Below, piece after piece: positions 19,510 through 32,425 of a stretch of DNA of 64,000 nt. How positions within the stretch are numbered: the first letter of the stretch is position 1; each line of letters begins with the position of its first letter. Source of the DNA: Amoebidium appalachense (lineage: Eukaryota; Protista; Ichthyosporea); contig CAVNZM010000001.1 in NCBI GenBank assembly GCA_963693365.1, positions 14,804,418 to 14,868,417 on the forward strand, in the 5' to 3' direction. The notes below the pieces were generated by a model. The model did no database searches. It saw only the letters and a list, made by a program, of their open reading frames with translations, and was not told where the DNA came from. Made by a program: the position numbers and the translations under genes.

Positions 19510-21297
19510 GTAAGTATAGAAACGAACCTCTTGTTAACTGCAGCCAAGAACATAGATGTTAATTGACTACCTCCGAATATTTACCTGCTTTGTACAGTAA
19601 GTCCTGAATTCCCTTTGGCACGGGGTACCCTGGAGGGGGAGGGGGGAGGGTTGGTGGTGGTGGTGGTGAGGGGGGAGGGGGGGGGGGGGGGGGGGGACTG
19701 GGCTGGCCTGATTGGCTAGAAGTTCGCGCCAAAATCCTTTGCCCCGTCGCATCCACCTCGCCCCGTTGGTCACACACTTACGGTCAAAATATTGTGCACA
19801 TGCCTACAGAAACGGACGTTAGGTAGTCGCTTTGGGTGCTGTCTCCCTGCGGCTGCTGGCATGTCTTGTCCCGCAGCGTAGTATAGCCCGGCCTCTTATG
19901 TAGCCAGCGGTTACAATACTAGGAGGCTACGATCAGGGAAAAACAGGGGGCATTTGTACATGTCGGGGTAAACGGCATCAACGGCAATTTCCTGAAGACA
20001 TGCACGAACTTTCCTCGCTCTCATAAAGGGCTGGCGTGTCTCTTTCTTTCGTGTTTTTTCCCTTCTTTTCATCTCATCTCCTCAACAGTGTGGTGAGTGT
20101 AAGGGTTGAGAATAAATTGGCAGTTGGCAGTTATGATGGAGGAGAGAGAGAGTTTGCCGGACGGATCTTCTTCTGGTGACAGCTGTGCAGGTGGGTCATA
20201 TATAAATTAACACTATGTTGTTTCTTCTGTTTTACTATGCTTGTTTTAACGTAAACGGTGCTCAAACAAAGGGCTTGAGTGGTGTGTTTGGGGGTGTGAG
20301 TGTAATGGTGTGTGTGTGTGTGCGCGCACGCGTAAGTGCATGTGTGTGTGCGCGCGCACATGTTTGTGCGTGTTTTGGGGGGGGGGGGGAAGGACGGGGT
20401 GGGGGGGAGGAGGGAGGTTGTGAGTAATTGGTACGAATTGGGCTGAGCATCTCGCTGTTCTCTTGATAGACGGCCAGTAGTTCTATAGAGGGAAGGGGTG
20501 TGCAGGGAAATGAACAATTTCCTTTTGTTTTGCTCTCTCAAACTATTTCTTGCTTTTTGGGCCGTCGTCCTGCATTCTTGGATGCACACGTTGAGAGATC
20601 TACTTGCACGAACAGAACGAGATCCCTCTCACAATATCCACTCCTTGTATACAAAAAAGAACACATTAAGAGGTCAGGGTGGGGCAGAGGTGGAAGGAAA
20701 AACATATTGATTGTGTGGGTTTGTTGGCAGCGTGTGGTTGTGTGTGTGTGTGGGGAGGGGGGGGGTTGGGGAGGGAGGGAGGGAGGGATCAGGGATAGGT
20801 GGAATTCAGTTTGTGTGCTTTCGTTGGCGCACAGGGGGTGTGTGTGTTGGCATGTACACATGCATGGGCCAGCGTTTGGGTGTTTGAGTGTGGGCTGTGA
20901 GTGACTGGCATTCCATTCCCGATGTATGGGAGTCTGTCTCTGTGTCCTAATACCTCACTCATCATCTCCCCCCACCATCCCTCCCCCCCCCCCCCCCCCC
21001 CTAGTTGGGGCCCCTCGCCCACCCCCACCCCCAACCCCCCTACGTTGGGATCCCTTCGTGTTCTCTCTCCTTCTACACCTCTTCTCCCTACTTAGGAAGC
21101 AGTCCTCTTCTTGTTCACACAGCACATGCACACACGCGCAACACGGGTCGTCCATACACTCTTTTTTTTTATTGCATTGTGGCTGCACCGTATCCTTTAT
21201 TGACATTCGAATCTGCGGTCTTCTGTGCTCACCTGCAACCAAGAACCTTTCCTCCCGTCCCCCCCCCCCCCCCCCCCCCCCTTCCCCCCCTTGACGA

Positions 21298-21580
21298 TTA
21301 CACACTCTGTATGTGTGTTTTGCACTCTGCATGGTGTTGTCCGTTATGAGTGTGTACTTCGTGAATTGTAATGCATTTCTAACCCCCCACCACTCCCCCC
21401 CCCCCCCCCCCCCTCGTTTAAAAAAAAAAAGAAGAAGAAAGAAAGAAAGAAAAAAGAAAAAAAGCTGTGCTTCCAAGCAACCGAGTATGGTTGCTCTCTG
21501 TCGTGCATCTGAAAGCACGTATGCTCTTTTTCCTGCATGCTACATTGGTTAGCCCACAAACACATTCACGGTTTTGCTCT
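21298..21580 (+). mobile_element. Two diverged family R fragments (3' end of subfamily 2 at ~21298-21383; 5' end at ~21470-21580)
   Basis: CTTCCAAGCAACCGAGTATGGTTGCTCTCTGTCGTGCATCTG matches the R 5' end; TTGCACTCTGCATGGTGTTGTCCGTT matches the reverse complements of the 39.5 and 42.5 kb copies. Confidence 0.7.
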
Positions 21581-21820
21581 TCCCCCCCCCCCCCCCCAAA
21601 AAAAAAAAAAAAAAAAAAAAAACACGCATACACCAACACGCCTTCACCACCATGGTGATTTCATTTTAAACCAACCCATATCGTTGCCCCCTTTGATTTG
21701 TTTTTTTGAAATTTTTCCTCCCCATTTTCAGTGCCGCAGTATCCTCGAAAACCACATGTGACAGCACAGTACAATAATTGCATCTCCCATCCCTCCCCCC
21801 CCCCCCTCCCCCCACGGCCT

Positions 21821-22283
21821 CCGCATTCAAACCCCCCCAGTCTTCTTTCAGAGGTGTCCTTTCAGGACAGACCACTGTGTGGAGACATCTTTACTTCCAT
21901 GCAACCGGGCATGGTTGCGCTCTGTCGTGCATTTGTAAGCACATGCGCATTTTATGCTGCACTGCATTAGTTTGCACACACATCTTCACCGTTTTGCTCA
22001 CCTAGCTTGCATAAGCAACCCTGCTCGTCTTTGATCAAGACGGGTTGACCCACCCAAGTTCAGTTGATGCTGCTGTCTGAGTTGGAGCGTCGTATATACG
22101 CGGGCTAAGGGGTCGAAACTCAGGCGCAATTGATGACTTGGGCCCTCCCTGAGGATGGGCTCTGCTTATGACGCATACTGTCTGCATGGCTGATGTTGCA
22201 TACTTGAATGTTTGCCTTTGGATGTGTCCTGCACCATGCTTCTCATCGTGTATGCGTACTTTGTACCGTGTTCCGCATTCAAA
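21821..22283 (+). mobile_element. Family R element, copy B (longest, terminally redundant)
   Basis: Begins and ends with CCGCATTCAAACCCCCC; flanked by CCCCCCACGGCCTCC at 21808-21822 and 22284-22298. Confidence 0.88.
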
Positions 22284-22467
22284 CCCCCCACGGCCTCCCC
22301 CCGGCCATTTTCCCCCCCCCTCCCCCTGCCCGTCCCCTCCCCTTCCCCCCCCCCCCCCCCCCCCCCCCCCCCCACGGTTCTAACAAGTCCTCACTGCCTT
22401 CCACCTTACCAGCATATCCCCTTTTACCCTTTCCCTCTCTCATCCTCACATTCACCTGCCTATCTCT

Positions 22468-22500
<33 letters not shown>

Positions 22501-22702
22501 CCCACACACACATGCACACAGCTTCCTCGCTCACCCCGTCATCCGGCCATCCCTTAATCCTACGTATTTAAACCCTTAACCACATTACATGTTCTGCAAA
22601 CTTATGTCCTTTCCCCCCGCCCCCTCCCCCCGTCCGTCCCTTTCACCCCCTATAGACTGTACAAACACACCCCACCCGCTACCATCACAACCACCTGCAC
22701 AC

Positions 22703-22756
<54 letters not shown>

Positions 22757-22841
22757 ACACGCTTACCCACCCACCACCCACCCACCTATCCACCCCCCCC
22801 ACCCCCACCTGTACTCACCCTTTCCTCATTCCACAACTGCA

Positions 22842-24330
22842 GATGCCAGTTTCCTATTGGCTCTTCCCACGGATATACTCTGCGCGATATATTTCAGAAT
22901 CTGGACCTCACCAATCGAATCGCCCTATCGTCAACATGCCGCCTTCGCTTAGTTTCCACCACCCAACATGCGGGCGGCGTCACCATGTGCTTTGACGTCG
23001 GCATAATTGCACGGCGCAAATCCTGGAGCAGTGTCCTTTTATTTTTGCTGCACGGGGACCCCGTCCTGGCCGGGATCGAAATAGATTTACGCGACCAGGA
23101 TGATGAACGTCTGTGCTTGCACTACATTTCTTACAACCCTGGCCACGTACCTCGCCACGTGCAAACTTCCGAATTTCCGGAGATTTGCGCTTTGCGCTCA
23201 TGTCGTCGACGTGTTTCACCGGGACTATATGGTGGAGGGTCAACTCGGGCTAAACACGGACAGTGCAATCTCGAGTTTTCGGTTCTTCTTCGAGGTTGTT
23301 GGCGCGAAACTCAAAGAAGTAGAGTTGAAGTTTTTGCACCCTGGGAATGGAGCAACAGAAGGCTTATACCCCGCAGGCTACACCGGTACGTATGTTCGCA
23401 TGGCGTGGGAGCACTGCCCAAATATGGAATATATTGAAATGTCTGGCGTCGTGCTTCTGGACGGGCTCTGCTCTAACAATAAAGCATGTTCGAAAACCCC
23501 ATCCGAAACCTGGTGTTGTAACGACAGATGCAGCTTGAGAGAGATATGTGTGTGCGACATATTCGGCCGCTCGGGGCCGGGAGGCGTCTCGTCCCTGTTT
23601 GCACATGCACCGTTTGTGGAGAGCTACCAGGCGGAGATCAGCAGCAATAAGTGGACCAATCAAGATCTTGCATCTGGCGTGCCCTCCCAGTTATCCAGCC
23701 ATCTATCTCGTCCACCCTCACCAATTTGTATGTAGACGTGTTGAGAGAGGATGGCAATTTACATGCTTCGGGGGGGTTTCGCACTTGATTTTTCGTGCCT
23801 GTCGCAGTTTCCGGTCTTAAGGTGCATCGAGGTTGTGTGCGGTGAATTTCTACTTCCGCCTATTCCCACGCTTGAAACCCTCCACGTATACTGCCCCAAT
23901 GGAAACGTAGACATTTCAAATGTGGCGGCGTGTAGCAATCTGGAGTATTTTGAGGTTTTAGGCAGTAAGGGGCTAATCGGAAATACGATCGAGATAACCA
24001 GCCCGGAAATCGAAGGCATTTTGCTTACGGGAGGCATCAAGGGCGTTCTAAATCAGCCCATTTTTCAGCTGTCGCTCGCCGATCACCCGAAATTGCACAC
24101 CCTGCAATTAATGGACGTCAACATCACGACGCTTGGGAAAATACGAAGATCGACGAGAAAAACGGTTGCAATTTGTAGGGATTATTGATTGTCCTGCTCT
24201 CAGGGACGTTTCGGCTCTGAGCGCATGGCCCCTCCCAACCGATTTATCAAATTTCGACATCACCGCGAATCTGCTTTAGTATTCCCGAGGGGTCATCGGT
24301 CCACGAGTGGCTTCAAACCCTGGCAGGTAA
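22842..24330 (+). pseudogene. F-box/leucine-rich-repeat-like gene, disrupted
   Basis: F-box-like LRDIFQNLDLTNRIALSSTCR; LRR-like HCPNMEYIEMSG, FPVLRCIEV, CSNLEYFEV, HPKLHTLQL, DCPALRDVSAL, spread over different frames with an in-frame TAG at 23733-23735. Confidence 0.6.
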
Positions 24331-24922
24331 GAGTTTGATTGGCTCCGAGAGTTCTCCACGTGTTTTTGCTTTTTTCGGTTGCTGTCTGGGGCACTTCAGT
24401 GTACGGAGAGAAACCGGGGAGGGGTGGGGGTGGCTGGGTGGGTAGGGGATGGGGGTGGCATGGTGGCGGTGCTCGTTGTGGCTGGGTGGTTTTTATTTAT
24501 TCTTTTTCTTTTTCTTTTTCTTTTTTTTTTTTTCTTTTTTTGTGGGGGGAGGGGGGGGCTCGAGGTGGGGAGGGGGGGGGGGGGGGGGGGGGGGGTCGGT
24601 TCCACAGATTCTATCATAGTAGTTGAAGAGAAGCAGGGCAGGGGAGGTTGGGCTAAGGAGAGGTCATGGTTTGAAAAACTTTTGTAATTGTAATGATTTG
24701 CAGATGTGCACTTTGTAAGGCGACATGAATTTTGTGATGTCCTTTTCAACTATATTGATGGTTGTGGTGATGGTTTTGTGTGTGTGTTTGTGTGTGTGTG
24801 TGTGTGGGCGCCGGGGGGGGGGGGGGGGGGGGGGGGGGGGAGGTTGTGTTTTGTGTTTTTTGGGGGGTATTTGAAGAGGGGGGGGGGGGGGGGGGGGGCG
24901 CCTGTTGGTGTGGATGGTGAGT

Positions 24923-24957
<35 letters not shown>

Positions 24958-25450
24958 GGAAGGGAGGGAGGGGGATCAAGATTTGTGCGCGGGGCAAACC
25001 AAAAAAGGGAGCAGCGATTGTTGTCAGGACATGTGGGGACCTAGGGCTCGGGACAAACAGACATTGAATATGCACTGTTGGCTAGACTACGGAATAATTA
25101 TGAGTTTTAGTCATCAAAAGTGTGGAGTGAAACGTGGGAAGTGAAAAGTGGGAAGTAAAAAGTGGGAAGTGAAAAGAAGGAAGTGAAATGGGAGGCGAAA
25201 AGGGGAAATGAAAAGTGGGAAGTGGAAAGGGTTAAGTGGGTCACATGCCTTTCCGACACGTACAAGAATGTGAAACACTTGTGCTTAGTAGTGCCCCGAG
25301 TTAATCTTTGTGTTAATCCTTGGACGGGCACACACACACACGCAGACACACCTACGTGCAAACATGCATCACACCCGCACACTTTGTGTGGGTGTGGATT
25401 ACGTGCACAAGCACACGCACGCACGTGCGCACACATGCACACACACATGC

Positions 25451-25482
<32 letters not shown>

Positions 25483-25495
25483 GGGCCACAGAGCA

Positions 25496-25568
25496 CAAGT
25501 CGCTGCAGGGGGCACGTCGACAAGTCGCTGCAGGGGGCAAGTCGCTGCAGGGGGCACTGCAGGGGGCA
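25496..25568. repeat. Short tandem repeat (AAGTCG)CTGCAGGGGGCA x4
   Basis: Seen directly. Confidence 0.8.
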
Positions 25569-26512
25569 CGTGCACCTTGCACTCAGTGACGTCATCGGGC
25601 CAGTGAGTGTTACTTCACGTTCACATACAAGTAGTGGCATATGCAGCGAACCCTCTAATTATTTTAGGAACCCCCCATCCTCCCCCCTCCCCCCCCCCCC
25701 CCTCCCCCCCCCCCCCCCCCTCCTCCCCCCCAAATAACAGACACACACACCCACACAATACACATACACACACAGACGCACACACAAAGATACACCGCCA
25801 CCACCTGCAACCCCTGAGGCTCCCATGCTCAGTAGCTTAACGTAGATAAGTTTTCAGGTGGTGAATAAGTTTGCATGTGCAGAGTAGCGGCTGGCAAAAG
25901 TTAATGCTGTAGAGGTTATCGGACAGATTGATTACATAGTTAAACGTGTGGCACGGGATAATGTTGTTCCTTTTCAGTCACTTTGGTTGTAATAGTACTT
26001 CTTTTCGTGGCGTCGGCGAATGTATGAAGTCTGGTGAAATATAAGGAATGGTCTAGGACAGTTGTGTTTTTTTTTTTTGGTTTCATTTTTATGTTCAACA
26101 ATTAGTGTATTACTATTATGCAGTGAATGAAGTCTTCCTCACACACGGCTGTAGCACTGGGTTTTTTTGCTTGTAGGGTGGGTCATGATATATCAGTGTA
26201 TGATTGATGTGAACTTGGCCATTCCCCGCCGGATGAACAGTCTCAACCCCTGTGTAAATATTCATCCTTGACTCACCCAGTTTTAATTAACCAACAAAAA
26301 AAGCAGGAATATATATGATGCATTTATGTACATGAACTTGCATAATAACAAAGATTTTGACACTTTTTCTGTACCGTTGTATATAGTAGTAAAACTCCTG
26401 GGGGCTAGCTGGTATTCAGTGACCCAAAGACCGCGGTGTGAAAAAGAGAAAAAAATAAAACTCCTCTCCCCTCCTCCCCGCTGCACACACACACGTGACA
26501 CACGCACGTGTG

Positions 26513-26553
<41 letters not shown>

Positions 26554-26578
26554 TCTCCTTATACACATGCACCCCCCC

Positions 26579-26647
<69 letters not shown>

Positions 26648-26777
26648 ACATGTACACACAAAAAAAAAAAAAAAAAAAAAAAAAAAAGAAGAAGAAGAAG
26701 AAGAAAAAAGAAAACACGTATTGAGCAACTTACAGCTCCAGAAATTCCCTGAGTATCCCCCCCCCCCCCCCCCCCCC

Positions 26778-27168
26778 TACTTCCATGCAACCGGGCATGG
26801 TTGCTCTGTGTCGTGCATCTGTAAGCACATACGCATTTTTCGCTGCACTGCATTAGTTTGCACACACATCTTCACCGTTTTGCTCACCTTGCTTGCATAA
26901 GCAACCCTGCTCGTCTTTGATCAAGACGGGTTGACCCGCCCAAGTTCAGTTGATGCTGCTGTCTGAGTTGGAGCGTCGTATATACGCGGGATAAGGGGTC
27001 GAAACTCAGACGCAATTGATGACTTGGGTCCTCCTGAGGATGGGCTCTGCTTATGACGCATACTGTGCACATGGCTGGTGTTGCATACTTGAATGTTTGC
27101 CTTTGCATGTGTCCTGCACCATGCTTCTCGTCGTGTATGCGTACTTCGGACCGTTGTCCGCATTCAAA
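26778..27168 (+). mobile_element. Family R element, copy C (between poly-C tracts)
   Basis: TACTTCCATGCAACC...GCATTCAAA; near-identical to copies A and B. Confidence 0.88.
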
Positions 27169-27294
27169 CCCCCCCCCCCCCCCCCCCCCCCCCTGTTTCC
27201 CTTTGTTTCTTTCCTTCTTTTTTCTCCTTCTCCGTCTGCTTTTATTTTTTTTTTTTTTTTCCCTTTTCCTTTCTTGTTTTCTTGTGAGTTTGTG

Positions 27295-27380
<86 letters not shown>

Positions 27381-27563
27381 TGGGGGAAGGAGGCCGCGGG
27401 GGGAAGGGGAGGGGGGAGGGGTGGGAGGAATGTGCTCTAGCTAACAGACGCACACGGTACACTTTGATGCATTGCAGGCAACACTGCAGATTGAAAAAAT
27501 AAACCCACAAGGAGCATTGGTGGTGCACGGTGGTGGAGGTGGTGGTGGTGGTGGGGTGGGGTG

Positions 27564-27649
<86 letters not shown>

Positions 27650-28207
27650 TGATGCGTAGGTAATAGAGGGTTGGAAATACGGATGAGGCACGCGCAAAAG
27701 AGTCTAAACTTTATAAAAATAAAAATAAAAAAATAAAAAAAAGTAGTAACATCAAAAGGACACTGGTATAAAACGCCACATAATAAAATTAAAAAACCTG
27801 AAATCGAGCCAGAAATTTGAAGTGGAAAAAATGAAAAACTTGCAGGCAGGAGGGGGAGGGGCTAGTTGGTGTGGTGTCCTTACCTGAACGTTTGAGCACA
27901 CAGTAGTCTATACACGACACAGGCCTAAGACTATTTTATTGATCATGAGAGTGCTCGATGTACCGTGGCCATATTTTTTTTATTTTCAATAAAACAATAA
28001 AACGTAGGAATATATGAACACACGGCACCGTACATCAGTCTGCATAGAGATCGTATTGAGGCTTTTCTTTTATTTTGGTTTTTAAGCGGAATAATTTGAT
28101 CATCGATACATGAATCTTTCTTTGAAATCTTTCTTCCTTACATATGGGTCAGCTTTCAGCGTGTCAAAGTATATTATCAAATTAGAGCAAAGACACCCTC
28201 CCCCTTC

Positions 28208-28249
<42 letters not shown>

Positions 28250-28549
28250 TTGCAGTAGCACCAAAAGAGGCGCAAATTAAGGTGATCATCTCTAAGTAAC
28301 CACATTTAGATTACATAACGCATATGCATGCTTATAGAACGAGGTGTTTTTTTCTAGAAACAACATGTTCACCTTGCTAACAGCCGAGTGTTAACTCGTT
28401 CGACACAAACTTGAAAGTTTGCTGAATACAGGCGAGGTGTCCCGAAGATCTAAGATCAAGCCCAGCCCAGTGTAGTGAAGAGACTCAAGTACAGATACTA
28501 CTTGATGGATACTTGTAACGAAGAATGGCGTTTCAAAGGCTGTGCGTGA

Positions 28550-28592
<43 letters not shown>

Positions 28593-28979
28593 ATAAAAAA
28601 TAGAGACTTAACCAAATCAGCTGACAGACAGAAACAGTGCCATGCACCCCAAAACGAGACTAGATTTAAACCCCACCACGCACTGATATCGGCAATTGTA
28701 CGGCCGCTATATAAGACCACATATAGGTGCCTCTTCTATGTAAGTAAGCTTTCTGTGCCCTATTTATGACAACCAAATGATCACATGGCCGCTGAGCTAC
28801 CTAGTACAAAGCACAATCTATGTCTTTCCCCCCCCCCCCCCCCAAAAAAAAAAAAGTAATAAAAAAAAATAAAAAAAAATATAAAAAACACATCCACAAA
28901 GTACAACACACATCCGAATCTCCAACCGAAACCACCCACATAACCCACCTCGTGGCCATCCTCCTATCCTCGGTCCTCG

Positions 28980-29016
<37 letters not shown>

Positions 29017-29073
29017 ACAAAAAAAAAAATCTATTCTATGCTTACACCCTGTTCATCTCCACCACGGACACCT

Positions 29074-32000
29074 TTACTGGTAACCATTTGCAGCCCGTCC
29101 CACCGACGCACCAGCCACGGGGACAGACACCCCGTTCGGCCCCAAACCCTGGCTGCCCAAACGTGCCAACATCACCTCCCTCTGTAGTGCCATCTGTTTC
29201 TGTTGCAACAGTTGTTGTTGCTGTTGCAAATATGCCTGCTGCTGATAGAGCAACTCGGCAGACAAGGAAGAAAGAGACTCGACAGACTGCCCACTGGACT
29301 CTGTAAGGTTCGGCATTGTGTTTGTCGCCTGAAGTGCGGGCCCTTGCTGTCCGTGATACATGTTGGGCATAGTGTTGACGGCCTGAAGCTGTCCTGCCTG
29401 TGGCAAATAGTACGCACTTCCAGAACCAACACCCGGGTTGAGAGGGGAAGGGTTCGACGGCTGCGACGGGTTGATCACAGGCCCGTTAGATTGAAGGGAA
29501 TTACGACGTGAGCGGCTGCCCCCGAACCCGCTCAATAGGAAATTGAGTACCTTGGACGCACTATTAGTCCGTGAACGCGTCCTCTGCGGGGTGGGGCTAC
29601 CCTCGACAGATACCGACCCAAGGCTGCCCGTGTGCGTGAGGGTGAGGTTGGAAGGGGGGTACGTCGTTAAGACTGATCGACCGAAGGCGCGACCCGAGCC
29701 CGCTGTCGCTGTACGTGCGAGACGCGGGTGGGTGGCTTAGCCTGTTGTGCATGAGGGGGCTCTTGGGGTTTGGCGGGGTGGGTTGGTGCACTTGAAGTTG
29801 CTGCTGTTGTTGTTGTAGTTGTTGCTGAAGCTGCATGGTTGCTAGCTGCTGTTTGTACTTGTCAAAATTCGGGCTGTCGCGTAGAAGGAAATATGTCGCT
29901 GCTGTCTGGTCGTATGTGGTGCATTCGAGCGCCGTGCGCACCTCATCGGGAGAGAATCCCAAATGCTCCATCAGGGCAATCACTTCATCGTGGTTGTTTC
30001 GCACCCCCTCGGCAATGCTGTTCACCTGCGGATGCACAAACCCCTGAGTGCCCTGCCCAGCCAAAACCCATGGGTGGCTGAGAATCTGATGCGCGGTGAT
30101 GCGACGCTTGGCGTCGACCGTTAACATCCTGACGATGAGACCCTGAAGGGTTGGGGGCACGTCCTTGGGAACAGAATACTCGCCACGGCTAATGAACTCA
30201 CGGATGGGCTCAGAACGGAACGGAAGCTTTCCGCAATACATATAGTAAAGGAGAACACCGCAGGCCCACACGTCCGATGGCGGGCCGGCATACGCCTGGG
30301 GGCGGAAAAGCTCCGGGGACGCGTAGTATGGCGTGCCGCAGTGCGTGTTGAGAAGGTCGGTGGCGACGTTTGAAAACCCCCAATCGGCCAATTTGACATG
30401 GCCCTGTTCGTCGATCATGAGGTTGTCGGGTTTGATGTCGCGATGCACGACATGTTCCTGATGGCAGTAGGCGGTGGCGGCCATGAGCTGCACAAAGAGG
30501 TTTCGCACCACCTCCTCCTTGCGTTTCTTTTTCAACCTGCGGAGGGATGAGCTGGGGTGAGACACGAGGACGTGGTGGGAAAAATAGATACATCAGGAGA
30601 TGTGTGGGAGGCGAGTGCAAACAGCTTGTCGGGGTTGAATATGCGAGTGTGTAAAGTACTACCGATCCTACCTGGAGCACAAAAAAGGAAAAGGACACTA
30701 ACACACTCGATCTTCTCATCTTTGAGCCTGCATCTCGCAAATGACTGATCATACATGGATGCCAGGTGCACAACTCACAGGGAACGTATTCGTGTACGTG
30801 TCCGAGTTCGTTTTTGTTGAGCTCTTCGTAACATACAAGGGCTTTTAGGCTCAAGCTCTGCTAATTTCTCGTTCCCTCGCCACCTCCCAAACAAGTTACT
30901 CCGTGTGCGTCACACACCTTTTACACAGAAGTTGTCATGAACCAAGGCAGCAGACACGCACTGGGAGAGAAGAAATAAGTGGGGACCAAAAAGGAGCACC
31001 GGACACACACGCCACCCCCCATCCCCACACCCCCCCCCCTCCCTAAACCCCCGCAAAAGAAAAAGAAAACAGAGAAAGATCCAGCGCAAAGCAGCAAGAA
31101 ACACACACCTCTGCAGCCGTGCAAGTTCCTCGGTCAGCGTGCTACCGTTCACATACTCCAGCACCAGGTAAAAATGGTCCGCCGTGTCAATGACCTCATA
31201 CAGCTTGACGATGTTCGGGTGGTCCAGCAGCTTCATGATCTGCATTTCCCTCTGGAGCACCCTCATATCTTCCTTGCTCAATTTTGCCTTTGCAACTATT
31301 TTCATAGCCACAAGCTCGCCCGTTATCCTGTGCTTGGCTAGCTTCACCACGGAATACCTCCCCTTACCCAGCGTCTCGCCAATCATGTAATCGCCGACAC
31401 GCGCCTCGCGAGTTGACTTGCTCCTTTGGGGAGTGGCCATGTTGTTGAGAGACCCACTGCTCTGGTTTTGCGTCATGCCGTTTGTATTGGTTGTGCTCAA
31501 AAGCTGCGGTGGTCATGAATATAGGGAAACGAAAAGAGCAAAAAAGAAGGCGAGGTTAGGTTGGTGAGCTACACCATGGCGAAGAGAAAGATGGGATGGT
31601 GATGCAGGGGCTTTTTGCAGAAAGTGCTATGAAATATAGTCCAGTTGCGTGAGCTTAACTCTGGTATTCTGGAGCATATTTGTATTATATGTGCACGGAG
31701 TCGGTCGAATGCATGGTTATGTCGAACTGAGTGTTTGTATCATTAGTTCACCCGAGTGTTTTCCTGCAACGATTTCATCAATGGCAAGTCCAACATGCTG
31801 GCATATGTGTGAGCTGCCTGTCGACTAATTCGCAGCCTTACTGCTAGTATGTGTTACACAAGTGGGCCGATTACATAGCGGTATATACACCCGTACGTGC
31901 AGTTGCCAGGAACATGCTAACGATAGTCATTTCACATGCAAAAAGAGCCTTAGAGGAGGTTGGACACGGGAGGAACGGGATAGTGTGTGGTGTTGTCTCG

Positions 32001-32425
32001 TTCAATAGTTCGAAAGAGGGGCATGGAGAGACGGGAGGGGTAGGATATCGACACTGGCACAAGAGTAAGTTTTGAGATTTCCGGGGGCGGTCTCTACGGG
32101 GACGGGAGGAGGGAGGAGGGGGGGGTTAGAAAAACTTGTCTATCTCACCATGCACTGATTTGCTTGAGTTGAAGAGCATAACACAAAAGAATCCCCGGAG
32201 GTGGTGAGAGGGAAGGTATATAAGAGAGATTCTCTTAACACGCACCTGCTCAAGACTGCGCCTATGCACGGGGCTCTCTCTCCTCAAGTCATCCATACTG
32301 GAGTGCTTCAGCTTCCGTACAGGAAGCACATCCGTCGAGTCGGTGTTCAAAACACGTAAATTTTCCGTGCTCCCTACGGACATGCGTCCATTCCCCCCAG
32401 ACTGATGGCGTTGAATAGCCGCCAT
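29074..32425 (-). CDS. AMPK-related Ser/Thr kinase (MARK/SIK-like) with UBA domain and Q-rich tail; 3 exons
   Basis: Exons 32425-32246, 31503-31109 (LGKGRYSVVK, VAMKIV, LDHPNIVKLYEVI) and 30536-29074 (HRDIKPDNL, DWGFSN, THCGTPYYASPE, DVWACGV, UBA-like MEHLGFSPDEVRTAL..YDQTAATYFLL). Splice phases are compatible. One apparent +1 shift in a G6 run near 29654. Confidence 0.92.

Noticed and set aside
19570-20030. Minus-strand exon-like pieces (GYPVPKGIQDLLYKA; donors near 19780 and 15165)
   Set aside because: No consistent reading frame or recognisable domain could be assembled.
25125-25232. GGGAAGTGAAAA-like repeats as telomeric or regulatory array
   Set aside because: Short degenerate purine-rich simple repeat with no further support.
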